Virus record (IMG/VR): IMGVR_UViG_3300044949_001928
Location: 1,115 to 65,114 of that record
Source of the DNA: a virus
Taxonomy: Duplodnaviria > Caudoviricetes
Length of the DNA stretch: 64,000 nucleotides
Direction: 5' to 3' (one strand)
Shown: positions 9,969-19,534 of the stretch, in pieces
Layout: every line of letters starts with the position of its first letter
Position numbering within the stretch: position 1 is the first letter of the stretch
Notes under the pieces: model-generated
Told to the model about the DNA's origin: nothing
Databases searched by the model: none
The model's input: the letters and a program-made list of their open reading frames with translations, nothing else
Program-made: the position numbers and the translations under genes

Positions 9969-9994
9969 CTCACCCACCACCTCAACCCACCACC

Positions 9995-10234
9995 ATGAGC
10001 GCCAACCCAGACGAGCAACACCAGCGGCAGATACAGGCCCGCATCGACGCCTGCCAAAGCGAGCTCGGCAACCTCGAAGCTGAACAGCAACGGCTAGCCG
10101 ATCGCTACTCGACCCTGAGGGCTCGCATTGACGCGCTACGCGAGGAGCTGCAGCCATCGCACTGCCAGGCTGAGCCGTTTGATCAGTGGAGTGCCGATGC
10201 AGCCCTTGCGGAGAAGCGTGGGGGGCGGCCATGA
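9995..10234 (+). CDS. Small coiled-coil protein
   Basis: Heptad-rich ORF with a C/A-rich leader. Confidence 0.55.
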   Translation: MSANPDEQHQRQIQARIDACQSELGNLEAEQQRLADRYSTLRARIDALREELQPSHCQAEPFDQWSADAALAEKRGGRP

Positions 10235-10659
10235 TGCTCGATGCCAACGACCTCAACTTCGCCGCCCGCTACCCTTACGGCGCAATTGTCCGCGATCGCT
10301 GGGGGAGGCGGATCCCTGGGGTGATCGCCTGTAACCCGGAGACGGGGGAGGTGATCACGTACGGCATGGGCTGGGTGGCGCACGCCTGGCACGGGTTCCT
10401 GTGGTCAGGGCCCAAGCGTGGCCCACTCACCTGGCGGTTCTACCGGCGCTTCCTGCCTGCCGGTGGCGGATACCTGGATCGCCGCCACGGCTTTTGGCCG
10501 GCGCCGCTGACGATCGAGGCGAATTGGCGGGCCGGTACTGGCACGCCTGGCCCGAGCTCGGAGACGGCGACTAGGACTGAAGGCATCCGCTTTACCGCGG
10601 CCATTCGGCGGTTGGATGCTGTGCTCAAGGCCAGGGCCGCTCACTCCCCCCGCGAGTGA
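10231..10659 (+). CDS. Hypothetical protein
   Basis: ATGA overlap with the preceding ORF. Confidence 0.55.
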   Translation: MMLDANDLNFAARYPYGAIVRDRWGRRIPGVIACNPETGEVITYGMGWVAHAWHGFLWSGPKRGPLTWRFYRRFLPAGGGYLDRRHGFWPAPLTIEANWRAGTGTPGPSSETATRTEGIRFTAAIRRLDAVLKARAAHSPRE

Positions 10660-10665
10660 ACCGCC

Positions 10666-11499
10666 ATGCTTGCAAAAAACTACCCACTACCAAACAGTCA
10701 AAGCGAAAAGCTAATCACCCAAAACATTGGCCTGGCCGAGATGATGGCCAACCGCTGGGCTAGGCATACTCGGCAGGATTATGACGACTTGATAGGCGTC
10801 GCAATGGAGGGGTTGATAATCGGTTGCAGGAAATACGATCCAGATCGTATTAACCCAGCAACGGGTGAGCCATATAAGATCTCAACTATCGTGGTTACTA
10901 CGATAAACTCTGAGATGATGCACTACTTTAGGGATCACGGATTCGTGGTTACCTTTTCCTCGAAGTGGCGAGAGAAGTGGGGCATGATTCGACGTATGCG
11001 CGATGACGGCGCATCCATTGAGGAAATCGCGGCTAAGGCCGGCCTCAAGGGTGGCGCCACTGAGGTGCAGGAAATGCTCGCCGCCATGAGGGGCTGCACC
11101 AACATCGACAAGGCGATCGACATCGAGGCCCGGCCCGATGGGTTCTGGATTCAGGAAAGCTCCCCCCTCCTGCAGCTGGTGCGCGAGGCATGGGCCAGCA
11201 TTCGCCCGTCGGACTGCAACCTGATCCTCGCCTGGTGGGATGCCCGGCGACCGTCTGCCTCCCCGCCATCAGGGCCGATGCAGCAACTTTCATGGCGGAT
11301 CAGCGCCCTCAAGCGTGGGCAGACGCTGCGCAGGCATCAGGAGCTGACCCAGTTGGCTCTACCGGCTGAGGATCTGATCCCCGAGGGCTTTGGCCTCCTC
11401 CCCTCCGAGGTGCCGCAACTGCCGGAGCTGCAGAAGGCGCCTAGGCCAGCGCGATCGCGTCGCCGCGGCCAGGATGTGGTGCAGCTGGTGATGATATGA
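10666..11499 (+). CDS. RNA polymerase sigma factor (sigma-70 family, group-3/SigF-like)
   Basis: Region 2 (QNIGLA...YDDLIGVAMEGLIIGCRKYDP...EMMHYFRD) and region 3 (SIEEIAAKAG); region 4 looks degenerate. Confidence 0.85.
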   Translation: MLAKNYPLPNSQSEKLITQNIGLAEMMANRWARHTRQDYDDLIGVAMEGLIIGCRKYDPDRINPATGEPYKISTIVVTTINSEMMHYFRDHGFVVTFSSKWREKWGMIRRMRDDGASIEEIAAKAGLKGGATEVQEMLAAMRGCTNIDKAIDIEARPDGFWIQESSPLLQLVREAWASIRPSDCNLILAWWDARRPSASPPSGPMQQLSWRISALKRGQTLRRHQELTQLALPAEDLIPEGFGLLPSEVPQLPELQKAPRPARSRRRGQDVVQLVMI

Positions 11500-11504
11500 G
11501 GCGG

Positions 11505-11512
11505 GGAAACCT
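11505..11512 (+). promoter_or_regulatory. GGAAACCT putative late promoter (first of 19 copies)
   Basis: Plus-strand copies at 11505, 13394, 14903, 20371, 20901, 22795, 25435, 29818, 33738, 36666, 39236, 44448 and 60710. Minus-strand copies with 5' ends at 18343, 18695, 19535, 20360, 24263 and 25433. Confidence 0.75.
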
Positions 11513-11532
11513 GGGGCAGATCCTCTCCGCCG

Positions 11533-11826
11533 ATGGCTGTTCCTGATCGCGTACGGGCCCAGATCAAGCGGCTAGGACTGGAGGGCGTGAACAAGCCGAG
11601 GCGCACACCAGGGCACCCCACCAAGTCACACGTTGTCCTGGCGGCCGAGAACGGTCGGTACCAGGTGCTGAGGTTCGGTCAGCAAGGTGTCAGCGGCAGT
11701 CCCGCGAAGAAGGGTGAGAGCAAGGCCGCGAAGACTCGGCGGGCGTCATTCAAAGCCCGGCACGCGAAGAACATCGCAAAAGGGAAGATGAGCGCGGCGT
11801 ACTGGGCAGATCGTGTAAAGTGGTGA
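11533..11826 (+). CDS. Small basic phage protein
   Basis: NKPRRTPGHPTKSHVV...LRFGQQG...SFKARHAKNI...SAAYWADRVKW; downstream of a GGAAACCT motif. Confidence 0.8.
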   Translation: MAVPDRVRAQIKRLGLEGVNKPRRTPGHPTKSHVVLAAENGRYQVLRFGQQGVSGSPAKKGESKAAKTRRASFKARHAKNIAKGKMSAAYWADRVKW

Positions 11827-12061
11827 GCATCGGTCGGCTTCCCACCATGCTCGCCCCGTCACTGTTTCTCTTGAGGCTCACATCCCTCTGCGGGGGGTTT
11901 GCCTTATTCCGCTCTGCAACGCTGCTTTACACCGGGCGTAGCGAGATGCCGTCGCCTGATTGCCTCTCGTTCTACCTTTTGTACTACCTCCTGCAGGCTG
12001 CCGTGGCACTTTGTGTCATGCTGGCGTGGGGGTTTGTGGAGGAGAAGATGGGGGCGAGGGC

Positions 12062-12394
12062 ATGAGCGCCGCAAGCAACGGAGGCCCTGTTCGGCCGGGT
12101 ACTGCTTGGTCCGATCCCGACGAGCGGGAAGCCTTCTTCCCTGCTGCTGGAGCAATTCGGGCTACTGAGCGTGTTCTCACCGAAGACTTGCAACCCGACC
12201 CGATCGCGTTGAGTGAGCGGCTACCAGGGGGTGGCGACATTCTCAAGGCCGGGCCGTGCTCTCTCGCCTGGCTTGGCCGTGAACTCCCAGGGGGGTACTG
12301 GGAGTGGGAGCTGGCAGACCTTTGCTTCGCCACTCTTTACACCCACTGGCTCCCCGCCAGCGTCCGATACCTGCCGGCGAGGGTGGAGCTGTGA
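12062..12394 (+). CDS. Hypothetical protein ending THWLPA...LPARVEL
   Basis: Coupled ORF with a DUF551-like THWLP motif. Confidence 0.6.
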   Translation: MSAASNGGPVRPGTAWSDPDEREAFFPAAGAIRATERVLTEDLQPDPIALSERLPGGGDILKAGPCSLAWLGRELPGGYWEWELADLCFATLYTHWLPASVRYLPARVEL

Positions 12395-12894
12395 CCGAAC
12401 ACGACCCCACAGGCCGCGACCAGCACGAACCCGGTGCGAAGCTCGATGCCGGCAAGCCTCGCCCCGCCCTGGTGCTGGGCGGTTTCGTTCACGCCCTGAA
12501 GGCTGTCACTGAGGTCGGCACGTTCGGTGCCGCGAAGTACACCGACAACGGCTGGCGAACAGTCCCTGATGGCCCGCAGCGCTACACCGATGCCATGCTC
12601 AGGCACTGGCTGGCCGATCCTGACGGCCTTTCGTCGGACCTCGACAGTGGCCTGGCCCATGCTGCGCACCTGGCATGGAATGCCCTGGCGCGACTGGAGC
12701 TGATGTTGGCGGAGAAGCGGAAGCTGCAAGCGATGTTGGACGAGGCGTTGGGGCAGAGCAACGCGGAGAGCGCTGAGCGATCGAGGCGCCGTGCGCCGGA
12801 TGCCGGGTTGGGCCCGCTGCCAACCAGGGAGTTGGCGGACCGCCTGCCCAAGCTGGGCCAGATCGACTGGAGCCGGGTCGGGCCGTTCCTATGA
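12391..12894 (+). CDS. DUF5664-like (dATP/dGTP diphosphohydrolase-type) protein
   Basis: GAKLDAGKPR, VGTFGAAKY..NGW, RYTDAMLRH, DSGLAHAAHLAWNALARLEL. Confidence 0.8.
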   Translation: MTEHDPTGRDQHEPGAKLDAGKPRPALVLGGFVHALKAVTEVGTFGAAKYTDNGWRTVPDGPQRYTDAMLRHWLADPDGLSSDLDSGLAHAAHLAWNALARLELMLAEKRKLQAMLDEALGQSNAESAERSRRRAPDAGLGPLPTRELADRLPKLGQIDWSRVGPFL

Positions 12895-12962
12895 CCCTCA
12901 CCCTTCGCCGCGGCGACTACCTGGAGGCGCTGCGCACCCTGCCGGCGAGGGTGGAGCTGTGA
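12891..12962 (+). pseudogene. 23-aa remnant resembling a DNA-methyltransferase N-terminus fused to a junction repeat
   Basis: MTLTLRRGDYLEALRTLPARVEL*. Confidence 0.4.
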
Positions 12963-13225
12963 GCACTTTTGATGCTGGCGAGGAAGTAATCAGGCGAATT
13001 GAGGAGTTGACGGATTCCGTTAAGCGTCTGAACCTCATCCCGAAAGAGATCGTCCTTGGCAGAGCTGCGTGGAGAGCGCTGAGGTTGTTTTACCTGTTTC
13101 ACCTGTTCAACTACTGCGAACGCCAGCCCGAGCAGTTCACCTTTAACGGCCTTCCAGTGACCAGCCTGCCGTCGGGCTCCGACCCGTGGCGCGTTGATGT
13201 GCGATCCTCGGCTCGGAGGGGGTAG
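12959..13225 (+). CDS. Hypothetical protein
   Basis: GTG start inside the 25-nt junction repeat. Confidence 0.5.
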   Translation: MSTFDAGEEVIRRIEELTDSVKRLNLIPKEIVLGRAAWRALRLFYLFHLFNYCERQPEQFTFNGLPVTSLPSGSDPWRVDVRSSARRG

Positions 13226-13424
13226 CCAAATGACTACTGAACCCAGCAACTCCCCGATAAGCCTCGCGGATCTCATTGACGCCGAAAACCCTCCGCAAAT
13301 GTACTACGTGCCGGATTCCAGGGGCTTCGAGCGGAGAATTCGCCGACACATCCGCGCAAACCGTCAAACCCCAGGCCCCACCGCGCCAACCCCGGAAACC
13401 TGAGGCAGAACCTGGCCTAGGCGC

Positions 13425-14888
13425 GTGGAGATCGACCACCCTACAGACGACGCGAAGCTCCCGAGTTACCACCACCCGACCCTGCGTGCCGTTGAGCCGC
13501 AACTGCGGAAGGCTTACCACGTCTGGACGGGGCTGACGGGGGAGGACGGCAACGGCAAGTCGATCAAAGAGCTGTACTTGCCAAAAGAGCCACGGGAGCC
13601 CCTCGACGCCTACGAGGCACGCCTCAAGCGCTCCGTGTTCTGCCACTTCCTCACGGAAGCTATTGTTGGCCTCGCTGGTGTGCTAAATAGTTTCACGCTG
13701 GCATCGCCTCCGAAGTCGATGGAAGCGAGACTACAGAATATCGACGGCAAGGGCAACTCTCTTAAAACGTGGTTACTTGATGCCAATTCTCTTATGCTTC
13801 GCGATGGAGCGCTGTGCATTCAGGTGGAGATGCCACCTAATGAGGCTCGGAACAATAAAGACGTACTCGATAATGGAATTGCTCCTTACCTTGTAAAGAG
13901 GGAGCGGTCTAAAGTCATTAACTGGAGATTTCACGAAGATGGCAAACTTGACTGGGTGATCTTCCTGGAAGCAGCGCAGGAACCTGACGGGTCCAAATAC
14001 GGGGTTAAGATCGTGTACCAGTATCGCGTAGTAGGCAGGGGCTATCAGCAAGTCTTACAGCTGAAACGTGATAAGTCGGGCAAGTTTACCGTTGTAGAAC
14101 AGCCAAAAATTGAGATCCTCAACAGCAAAAGAGAACTCGCCGACCGCGTGCCCGTGGTGTGGTACCCGTCCAAAGAAGCGGACTTTGGCGAAGGTGAATT
14201 GCCGTTGCAGCAAGCAATTGACTTATCGGTCGCTTACTTTCAGAAGCTGTCGGATCTATGGGAGAAGGATCATGCTTGCAATGTAATTATTCCTGTTATT
14301 GCGGGCCAGCTTCCGCTCGCACCAGGGCAGGAGCACAATGAACTGGTGATCGGCAACAATTCGGCGATTTTCCTGGAAAACGGCGGAACCTTTAACCTTG
14401 CAACTGCTGACCCCGGCAGCATGGCGGAATCGAGGGCGCAGATTCAGGATATCGAGCGAATGATTGCCACACAAGCATTAAACTTCCGTTACGGCGATCC
14501 CGGCAACACTAAAACCGCCACACAAGCGGGAATGGAGGGAGCGCAAACGGAAAGCAAGCTCCGCGATTCCGCTGATCGGATGGCCAGCATGATGGAGGAG
14601 GTGATGCGCGTTTGGTGCATGTTCACCGGTGAAACGCTGCAACCTGACGCGGGCCTGTCGATGGCACCCAGCGTCTTCGAGCGGCCACTCGACGCCCAGG
14701 GCATCGCCCAGCTGCAAAGGCTCACCGGCGACGGCCAGCTCCTCAGCTCGCTCACAGCCATCACGGAACTCTCCCGCCGTGGCATCTACCCAGCCCTGGA
14801 CAAACCAGAGGATGAGGTGACGCGGATCAACGAGGAACAGGCTGCCGCCAGTGACGTGGGGGTGAGCGACGAATTGCTGTTGCAGTGA
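13425..14888 (+). CDS. Portal protein (DUF4055-like)
   Basis: YLPKEPRE...YEARLKRS, NIDGKGNSL, KTATQA; size and position fit. Confidence 0.88.
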   Translation: MEIDHPTDDAKLPSYHHPTLRAVEPQLRKAYHVWTGLTGEDGNGKSIKELYLPKEPREPLDAYEARLKRSVFCHFLTEAIVGLAGVLNSFTLASPPKSMEARLQNIDGKGNSLKTWLLDANSLMLRDGALCIQVEMPPNEARNNKDVLDNGIAPYLVKRERSKVINWRFHEDGKLDWVIFLEAAQEPDGSKYGVKIVYQYRVVGRGYQQVLQLKRDKSGKFTVVEQPKIEILNSKRELADRVPVVWYPSKEADFGEGELPLQQAIDLSVAYFQKLSDLWEKDHACNVIIPVIAGQLPLAPGQEHNELVIGNNSAIFLENGGTFNLATADPGSMAESRAQIQDIERMIATQALNFRYGDPGNTKTATQAGMEGAQTESKLRDSADRMASMMEEVMRVWCMFTGETLQPDAGLSMAPSVFERPLDAQGIAQLQRLTGDGQLLSSLTAITELSRRGIYPALDKPEDEVTRINEEQAAASDVGVSDELLLQ

Positions 14889-14933
14889 TGGCGGTGAAGG
14901 ATGGAAACCTGAGGGGACCCCAACTTTCCCACC

Positions 14934-15170
14934 ATGGACGAGTTCACCACCGCGGCACAGGAGCCTGACGAGGCGATGCAGGAGCCCTTTGAGGCGCTGG
15001 CTGACGACATCGAGGAAACTATTGCTACCTTCACTACCATATTCCATGACATCGACGTTCGCGATGTTCTCAAGGCGTTGATTGCTGTCGCTATGGGGTA
15101 CCTGCACGCGGAAGACGATGAGGATGACGAAGATGACGAAGATGACGAAGATGACGAAGGCGAGGTGTAA
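14934..15170 (+). CDS. Small acidic protein with a (DDE)n tail
   Basis: Own GGAAACCT motif; 9-nt GATGACGAA tandem repeats. Confidence 0.7.
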   Translation: MDEFTTAAQEPDEAMQEPFEALADDIEETIATFTTIFHDIDVRDVLKALIAVAMGYLHAEDDEDDEDDEDDEDDEGEV

Positions 15171-15173
15171 CAA

Positions 15174-16265
15174 ATGGCGCCAGAGATTCCAGCGCCCCTG
15201 CGGATAGTTGGCATAGTTGACAGCTACAGCAGGGAGCTGGACAAACTGGAGGCCCGTAGCACAAGGAACATCCGAGCAATCCTGCGTCGATCGCTGGCGC
15301 AGGTGCTCGGCTCTCTTCGCTACAGCTACCGCCAGTACACCAACGCCCTCGGCGCCCAAGGCCGCGACCCCGCTGGAAACCGGATCCGGCGGCCCGGCGA
15401 GTATGGCATCCTCGACTCAAGCGCCAGGCTCGGGCAGATCTACAGCGACGCGGCGGGGTTCCTGTCAGAGTCGGAGATCAGCCAATGGCAGGCGCTCCAC
15501 CAGCGCGACCTCGCCGAAGCGGCTGCACTGGGCGGCCGGCTCGGGCAGGAACTCGCCGACCTGGCCGACCGCTCCCCTGGTGGGGCGTTCCAATTCGCAG
15601 CCGCTGACCCCGCCGTGCTCCGTGCTGCAGCGCTGCGAACCGGGGCCTATATTCGCGGCGAGGGGGTGAAGTTCCGGGACGACCTGGTGCGGATCGTCGG
15701 CACCGGTGCAGCGCGAGGACTCGGGCCCCGCCAGCTGGAGGCCGACATCCGGAAGCTCCTCCGCGGCGCCCGTGACCCCAGGGGCCTGAACCGCCGGATT
15801 GGACTGGAGCAGCGCGCGGCGCTTGTCGCCACCTCTGAACTTTCGAACGTCTACGCCCAAGCGACACTGGCCAGGGCCCAGCAGCGGGGCGACAACTACG
15901 TGCGGGTGCTCGCCTCGAATGATGAGCGGGTGTGCCCGGTGTGCGCGTCCCGTAATGGCCGGGTGTTCCCCGCCGATCGCGTCACCCTGCCGTTTCACCC
16001 GAAATGCCGTTGCGTTGCCGTGCCGGTGCCGAACGAGGCGGTGCAGGAGCGGGACCTTTCGGTGCGGGGCATCCTGTTGGACAGCGAGCGATGGCGGGCG
16101 GAGCACGAGCGGGGTGTGGAGGCTTACGCGAAGGCGAAGGGGTTGGACATGGAAAAGGCCCGGGCAGATCTTGCCAAGGCCCTGAGAACGCCTACGCCAG
16201 CGGAGAAACGACTGTTTCCGAAGAATCCCCTGCCGCTGGTGGAATCGGTTCCGTTGTTCGATTAG
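15174..16265 (+). CDS. Minor head protein (Mu gpF/SPP1 gp7-like)
   Basis: DERVCPVCASRNG...PFHPKCRC. Confidence 0.88.
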   Translation: MAPEIPAPLRIVGIVDSYSRELDKLEARSTRNIRAILRRSLAQVLGSLRYSYRQYTNALGAQGRDPAGNRIRRPGEYGILDSSARLGQIYSDAAGFLSESEISQWQALHQRDLAEAAALGGRLGQELADLADRSPGGAFQFAAADPAVLRAAALRTGAYIRGEGVKFRDDLVRIVGTGAARGLGPRQLEADIRKLLRGARDPRGLNRRIGLEQRAALVATSELSNVYAQATLARAQQRGDNYVRVLASNDERVCPVCASRNGRVFPADRVTLPFHPKCRCVAVPVPNEAVQERDLSVRGILLDSERWRAEHERGVEAYAKAKGLDMEKARADLAKALRTPTPAEKRLFPKNPLPLVESVPLFD

Positions 16266-16336
16266 GGAGGCGCTACTTGAACAGATCTTGCGAGAAGTAA
16301 ACCGGGAAACAACGCCTCCCGGCGGGGCGATGGGGT

Positions 16337-16789
16337 TTAGGCAGTGACGGGCTGCGAGTCGTAGGTGGCCACCGCGGGGAGGGAAGGCTCGGGGACGGGG
16401 CCGGTCGCCAGCAGGGGCACTACGTTCTCCTCATGGATCACGAGGCAGTTGTTGACGCGGAGCAGCTTCACCATGGCACCAGGCTCCAGGCCAAGCTCAC
16501 CGATGTAGGCAGCCCCTACGACAACGGCGCCCCTGGGGCCAACGGTGGCCTTCCAAGACGGGGGTTTGCCGGTCCTGCCGGTGCCGGAACTGCGGGCGCT
16601 GGGGGTGATGAAGCCCAGTGCGATATTGAGAGCGCGGGTGAAGCCCCTGGTATCGGGCTTGTCGCCCTTGGTGGTGTAGCCACATGCCGTTGCCAGGTCC
16701 TCGACCGGCAGCGGTTTGATGCTGTCAACCTTGGCAATGAGATCCTGCCCAGTCAGGCGAGGGGCGGGCGTGGTGGTTTCTTCGGTCAT
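16337..16789 (-). CDS. Cyanobacterial-type AbrB family regulator
   Basis: LTGQDLIAKV...LATACGY...GKPPSWKATV...VVVGAAYIGELGLEPG. Confidence 0.85.
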   Translation of the reverse strand: MTEETTTPAPRLTGQDLIAKVDSIKPLPVEDLATACGYTTKGDKPDTRGFTRALNIALGFITPSARSSGTGRTGKPPSWKATVGPRGAVVVGAAYIGELGLEPGAMVKLLRVNNCLVIHEENVVPLLATGPVPEPSLPAVATYDSQPVTA

Positions 16790-16849
16790 TGGTCGGCGGT
16801 GGGTGAACCGGTTTGCTCTGCCATACTACCAGTGCGGACCTACAACGGC

Positions 16850-17068
16850 ATGGAAGAGACCCCACAACTCCCCCCAGATCTACAGCTGTTCCTGGCGGCG
16901 CACAACACGCTGGCAAACCGCGACCCGGAAATGACACGGGATGTGCTCCGGGTTACCACGGAGACCCTGCCGCACTCGGAACAGATCAAGGTCGCCAGGA
17001 TGCTGCACAGTTCCACTTCGCCTAATGGTAGGGCATTGTTACAGAAGGTAATGAGGGGCGACGCGTGA
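16850..17068 (+). CDS. Hypothetical protein
   Basis: MEETPQLPPDLQLFLAAH..., divergent from the AbrB-like gene. Confidence 0.55.
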   Translation: MEETPQLPPDLQLFLAAHNTLANRDPEMTRDVLRVTTETLPHSEQIKVARMLHSSTSPNGRALLQKVMRGDA

Positions 17069-17135
17069 TGGGAGATGAGTGCTACTATTCAGGAGTCGGA
17101 AGCAAACCCGACAGCCACACAACCGCAATCAGGCA

Positions 17136-17528
17136 ATGACTAGCACTCTTTTCCGCGCTGCTGGCTACCTAGCTGGCCATTCCGTTCGCCTCGCTCGACA
17201 GATCGACTGGCAAGAGGTCGGCGCCGTCGCGCTGGAAGCGCTCAAAATCGCGATCGTGCTCACCCTGCTGGCGGGCCGCGCCACTCGCTGGGTGTGGGAC
17301 TCCCTGCCCAGCTGGAGCGAAGCCCTCGGGCGCTGGTACTCCTCCTCCCTGGTGGGAGAAGCTGAGCCCACCGGGGAGGAGCCCGCTGCGCCCGCCCTCG
17401 TGGCTCCCGTGGCCCCTGCCCCTGCAGCGCCGGCCAGGCCCGCCTCTCCCGCCCATGCCGCGGCTGCTATCCGGGTGCGGCGTCATCGCGCGGCATTCTG
17501 GGCAACCCTGCAGCAGGTGGGAGCATGA
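17136..17528 (+). CDS. Hypothetical membrane-associated protein
   Basis: ATG at 17136 preceded by a TGCTACTAT extended -10-like element. Confidence 0.6.
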   Translation: MTSTLFRAAGYLAGHSVRLARQIDWQEVGAVALEALKIAIVLTLLAGRATRWVWDSLPSWSEALGRWYSSSLVGEAEPTGEEPAAPALVAPVAPAPAAPARPASPAHAAAAIRVRRHRAAFWATLQQVGA

Positions 17529-17670
17529 AGCCGCTGTTGCTCTTCAGGGCCGTCACCACGGGTGGCACCCTCGAACTGTGGGCTTCCAGCTCCGGGGAAG
17601 CAGTCGACCATGCGCTGGAGCTATGCGGCCCTGGCGCTACGCTCATCCGCTGCCAGCGGGAGGGTGACTG

Positions 17671-18009
17671 GTGAGCACTCCTGAGACACCGGGCGAGCTT
17701 CTCGCCATGCAGATTCTGTCAATACCCGACTTCCCAGGCGTCCCCGTCGACGCGGTCGGCAACGTGATGGAGCTGCTCACACAGGGCGGCACCACACCGG
17801 AAGAGTATCGGCTGATTGCGCTGGCGATCCTCGACCTCCTGATCGTTCACCACGAGGAGGCGTGCGACAGGCTCTCCAGAGTGCAACTCACCGAACTGGA
17901 TGCACGGCTCGCGCTGATCTTCTGGGCCGGCGACCTGGCAATACTGCGCCAGGCTGCCGCCATGGTGGACAATCTGGCAATGCTGGGCGCACAGGAGGAG
18001 GAGACATGA
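17671..18009 (+). CDS. Hypothetical protein
   Basis: Helical acidic ORF in operon context. Confidence 0.55.
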   Translation: MSTPETPGELLAMQILSIPDFPGVPVDAVGNVMELLTQGGTTPEEYRLIALAILDLLIVHHEEACDRLSRVQLTELDARLALIFWAGDLAILRQAAAMVDNLAMLGAQEEET

Positions 18010-18259
18010 GGGAGAAGGTTCCTACATCTGCGGCCGGAGGCGGAAACATGAAGCACCCGCCTCTGTCGTCGATGCCTCTCTACGTCGGCATCACAACCAT
18101 GTCCTTCGCGGCCGTGCAGCAAGCGCCGACCGTCCTGGGGGTGAGTCTGACCCTGCCGCCGGAGATCCCCGAGGGTGGCGAGCTAAAAGTGCTGTGGCAC
18201 GAGGACGACCACATCCGCCAGGAACGCAAGATCGTTTGGGTGAGGGAGGCGTGATGCCC

Positions 18260-18313
18260 TCACCCACCACCGGCGAAACGACCGCTGCTGTCGCGCTTGC
18301 AGGTACGGGCCAT
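18260..18313 (-). CDS. 17-aa peptide MARTCKRDSSGRFAGGG
   Basis: Hand translation; matches the N-terminus of three long paralogues; GGAAACCT motif upstream (5' end 18343). Confidence 0.6.
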   Translation of the reverse strand: MARTCKRDSSGRFAGGG

Positions 18314-18350
18314 GGGAACCGGAGGAGTCTGGTTCAGGTTTCCAGCCTGA

Positions 18351-18536
18351 TCAGCGCTTCCGCTTCTTCCCAACCTTCGACGCTTCGCTCAGAGCGATGG
18401 CGACCGCCTGCTTCCGGGAGGCCACCTTCGGCCCCTTGCCGGGGCCTGGCTTGCTGGTGTGGAGGGTGCCGCGTTTGAACTCACCCATCACGGTGCGGAC
18501 CTTGGCCTGGGCTTTGGTCGGTTTCTTCTTGGCCAT
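18351..18536 (-). CDS. Small basic protein (DUF6496-like)
   Basis: KVRTVMGEFKRGTLH...SRKQAVAIALSEA. Confidence 0.8.
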   Translation of the reverse strand: MAKKKPTKAQAKVRTVMGEFKRGTLHTSKPGPGKGPKVASRKQAVAIALSEASKVGKKRKR

Positions 18537-18663
18537 GGGAGAGGGTGCGATCGAGGACGATGCGGGCGGAGCCATCGGGGCGGACGGCGACCACTCGATG
18601 GCGGCGGGGCTCGCCGTTACGGGGGCGGAGCCGGCGGCCTACGGCGGTGACGGGGGAGGGCAT
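18481..18663 (-). CDS. Small basic hypothetical protein
   Basis: MPSPVTAVGRRLRPRNGE...; GGAAACCT motif upstream (5' end 18695). Confidence 0.55.
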   Translation of the reverse strand: MPSPVTAVGRRLRPRNGEPRRHRVVAVRPDGSARIVLDRTLSHGQEETDQSPGQGPHRDG

Positions 18664-18697
18664 GGGGTGGTGGGAGGGGGACGGCTTAGGTTTCCGG

Positions 18698-19504
18698 TCA
18701 GCGGCGGCGAGAGCGGGGTTCCCTGAATCCGGGGCGCAACATTTGGTCAAGCTCGATATTCGCGACTGGATCTCCGGTCCTGTAAACCTTCTGCGCTCTA
18801 ATAGCTGTTGCTCGCTTTTGCCACTGCTTTTTATTTTTTCTCATGACCCGCGGTCCCACCTCAAGCTGGTTTCGCATTGCACGCTCTAGCCTTGCATTCC
18901 CGCCGCTGGAGGGTGTCGGCTTCAGCTTAATTCTTGCTGCTTGTTGCTCTGCATTTCTTGAGCGTTCTTTTAATCTATTAACTTCATCCCGCAATTTTAC
19001 AGCCTGCTGCATTTTTGCGTGCATTCTATCCCGTTCTGCAGTTTTTACTCCTTGAGTGTAGAAAGCGCTATCCTTGGACCTGTATTCTTTCTCTAATCTT
19101 GCAATTTTCACTTCTAATGCCTTGGCGCGGCTTGCACTTTTGACAGCCCCTTTTTCCAGTGATTGCTTCCTGGCCTCTGCACTAGAAATCGGCGTTGCCG
19201 GTCTTGCCGCTTTCCCCTTCAACGCCCCCGGCTTCAACCCCCTCGGCTTCCCGACAACACCCGACCGCTGCAGCGACATCCTCGCCACCACCGCGCCACG
19301 CTTGTTCCCTGCCGCGGTCTTGAGCCTGCCCCCTCGGGCCGTGGCGCCCTGGCCACCTACCGACGTGATTCGCCCCGCGTTGTCCCGTGTCAGGCGGTTC
19401 CTCCCTCTGGTGGGAGGCTTGGCAGCCTTTGCCTCGCCCCCGCTGGAGCTGGTGCCACCAGAGGCGAAGCGCCCCCGGTTATCACGCTTGTAAGTTCTGG
19501 CCAT
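18698..19504 (-). CDS. Basic KRDxxGRF-family protein 1
   Basis: MARTYKRDNRGRFASGG...NRLTRDNAGRIT. Confidence 0.8.
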   Translation of the reverse strand: MARTYKRDNRGRFASGGTSSSGGEAKAAKPPTRGRNRLTRDNAGRITSVGGQGATARGGRLKTAAGNKRGAVVARMSLQRSGVVGKPRGLKPGALKGKAARPATPISSAEARKQSLEKGAVKSASRAKALEVKIARLEKEYRSKDSAFYTQGVKTAERDRMHAKMQQAVKLRDEVNRLKERSRNAEQQAARIKLKPTPSSGGNARLERAMRNQLEVGPRVMRKNKKQWQKRATAIRAQKVYRTGDPVANIELDQMLRPGFREPRSRRR

Positions 19505-19534
19505 GGCGTAGGCGACGGTCCTACCCTAGGTTTC

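Noticed and set aside
12391-12894. 2-aminoadenine (Z) genome pathway
   Set aside because: Only a DUF5664-like gene is present; no purZ, datZ or DNA polymerase in the window
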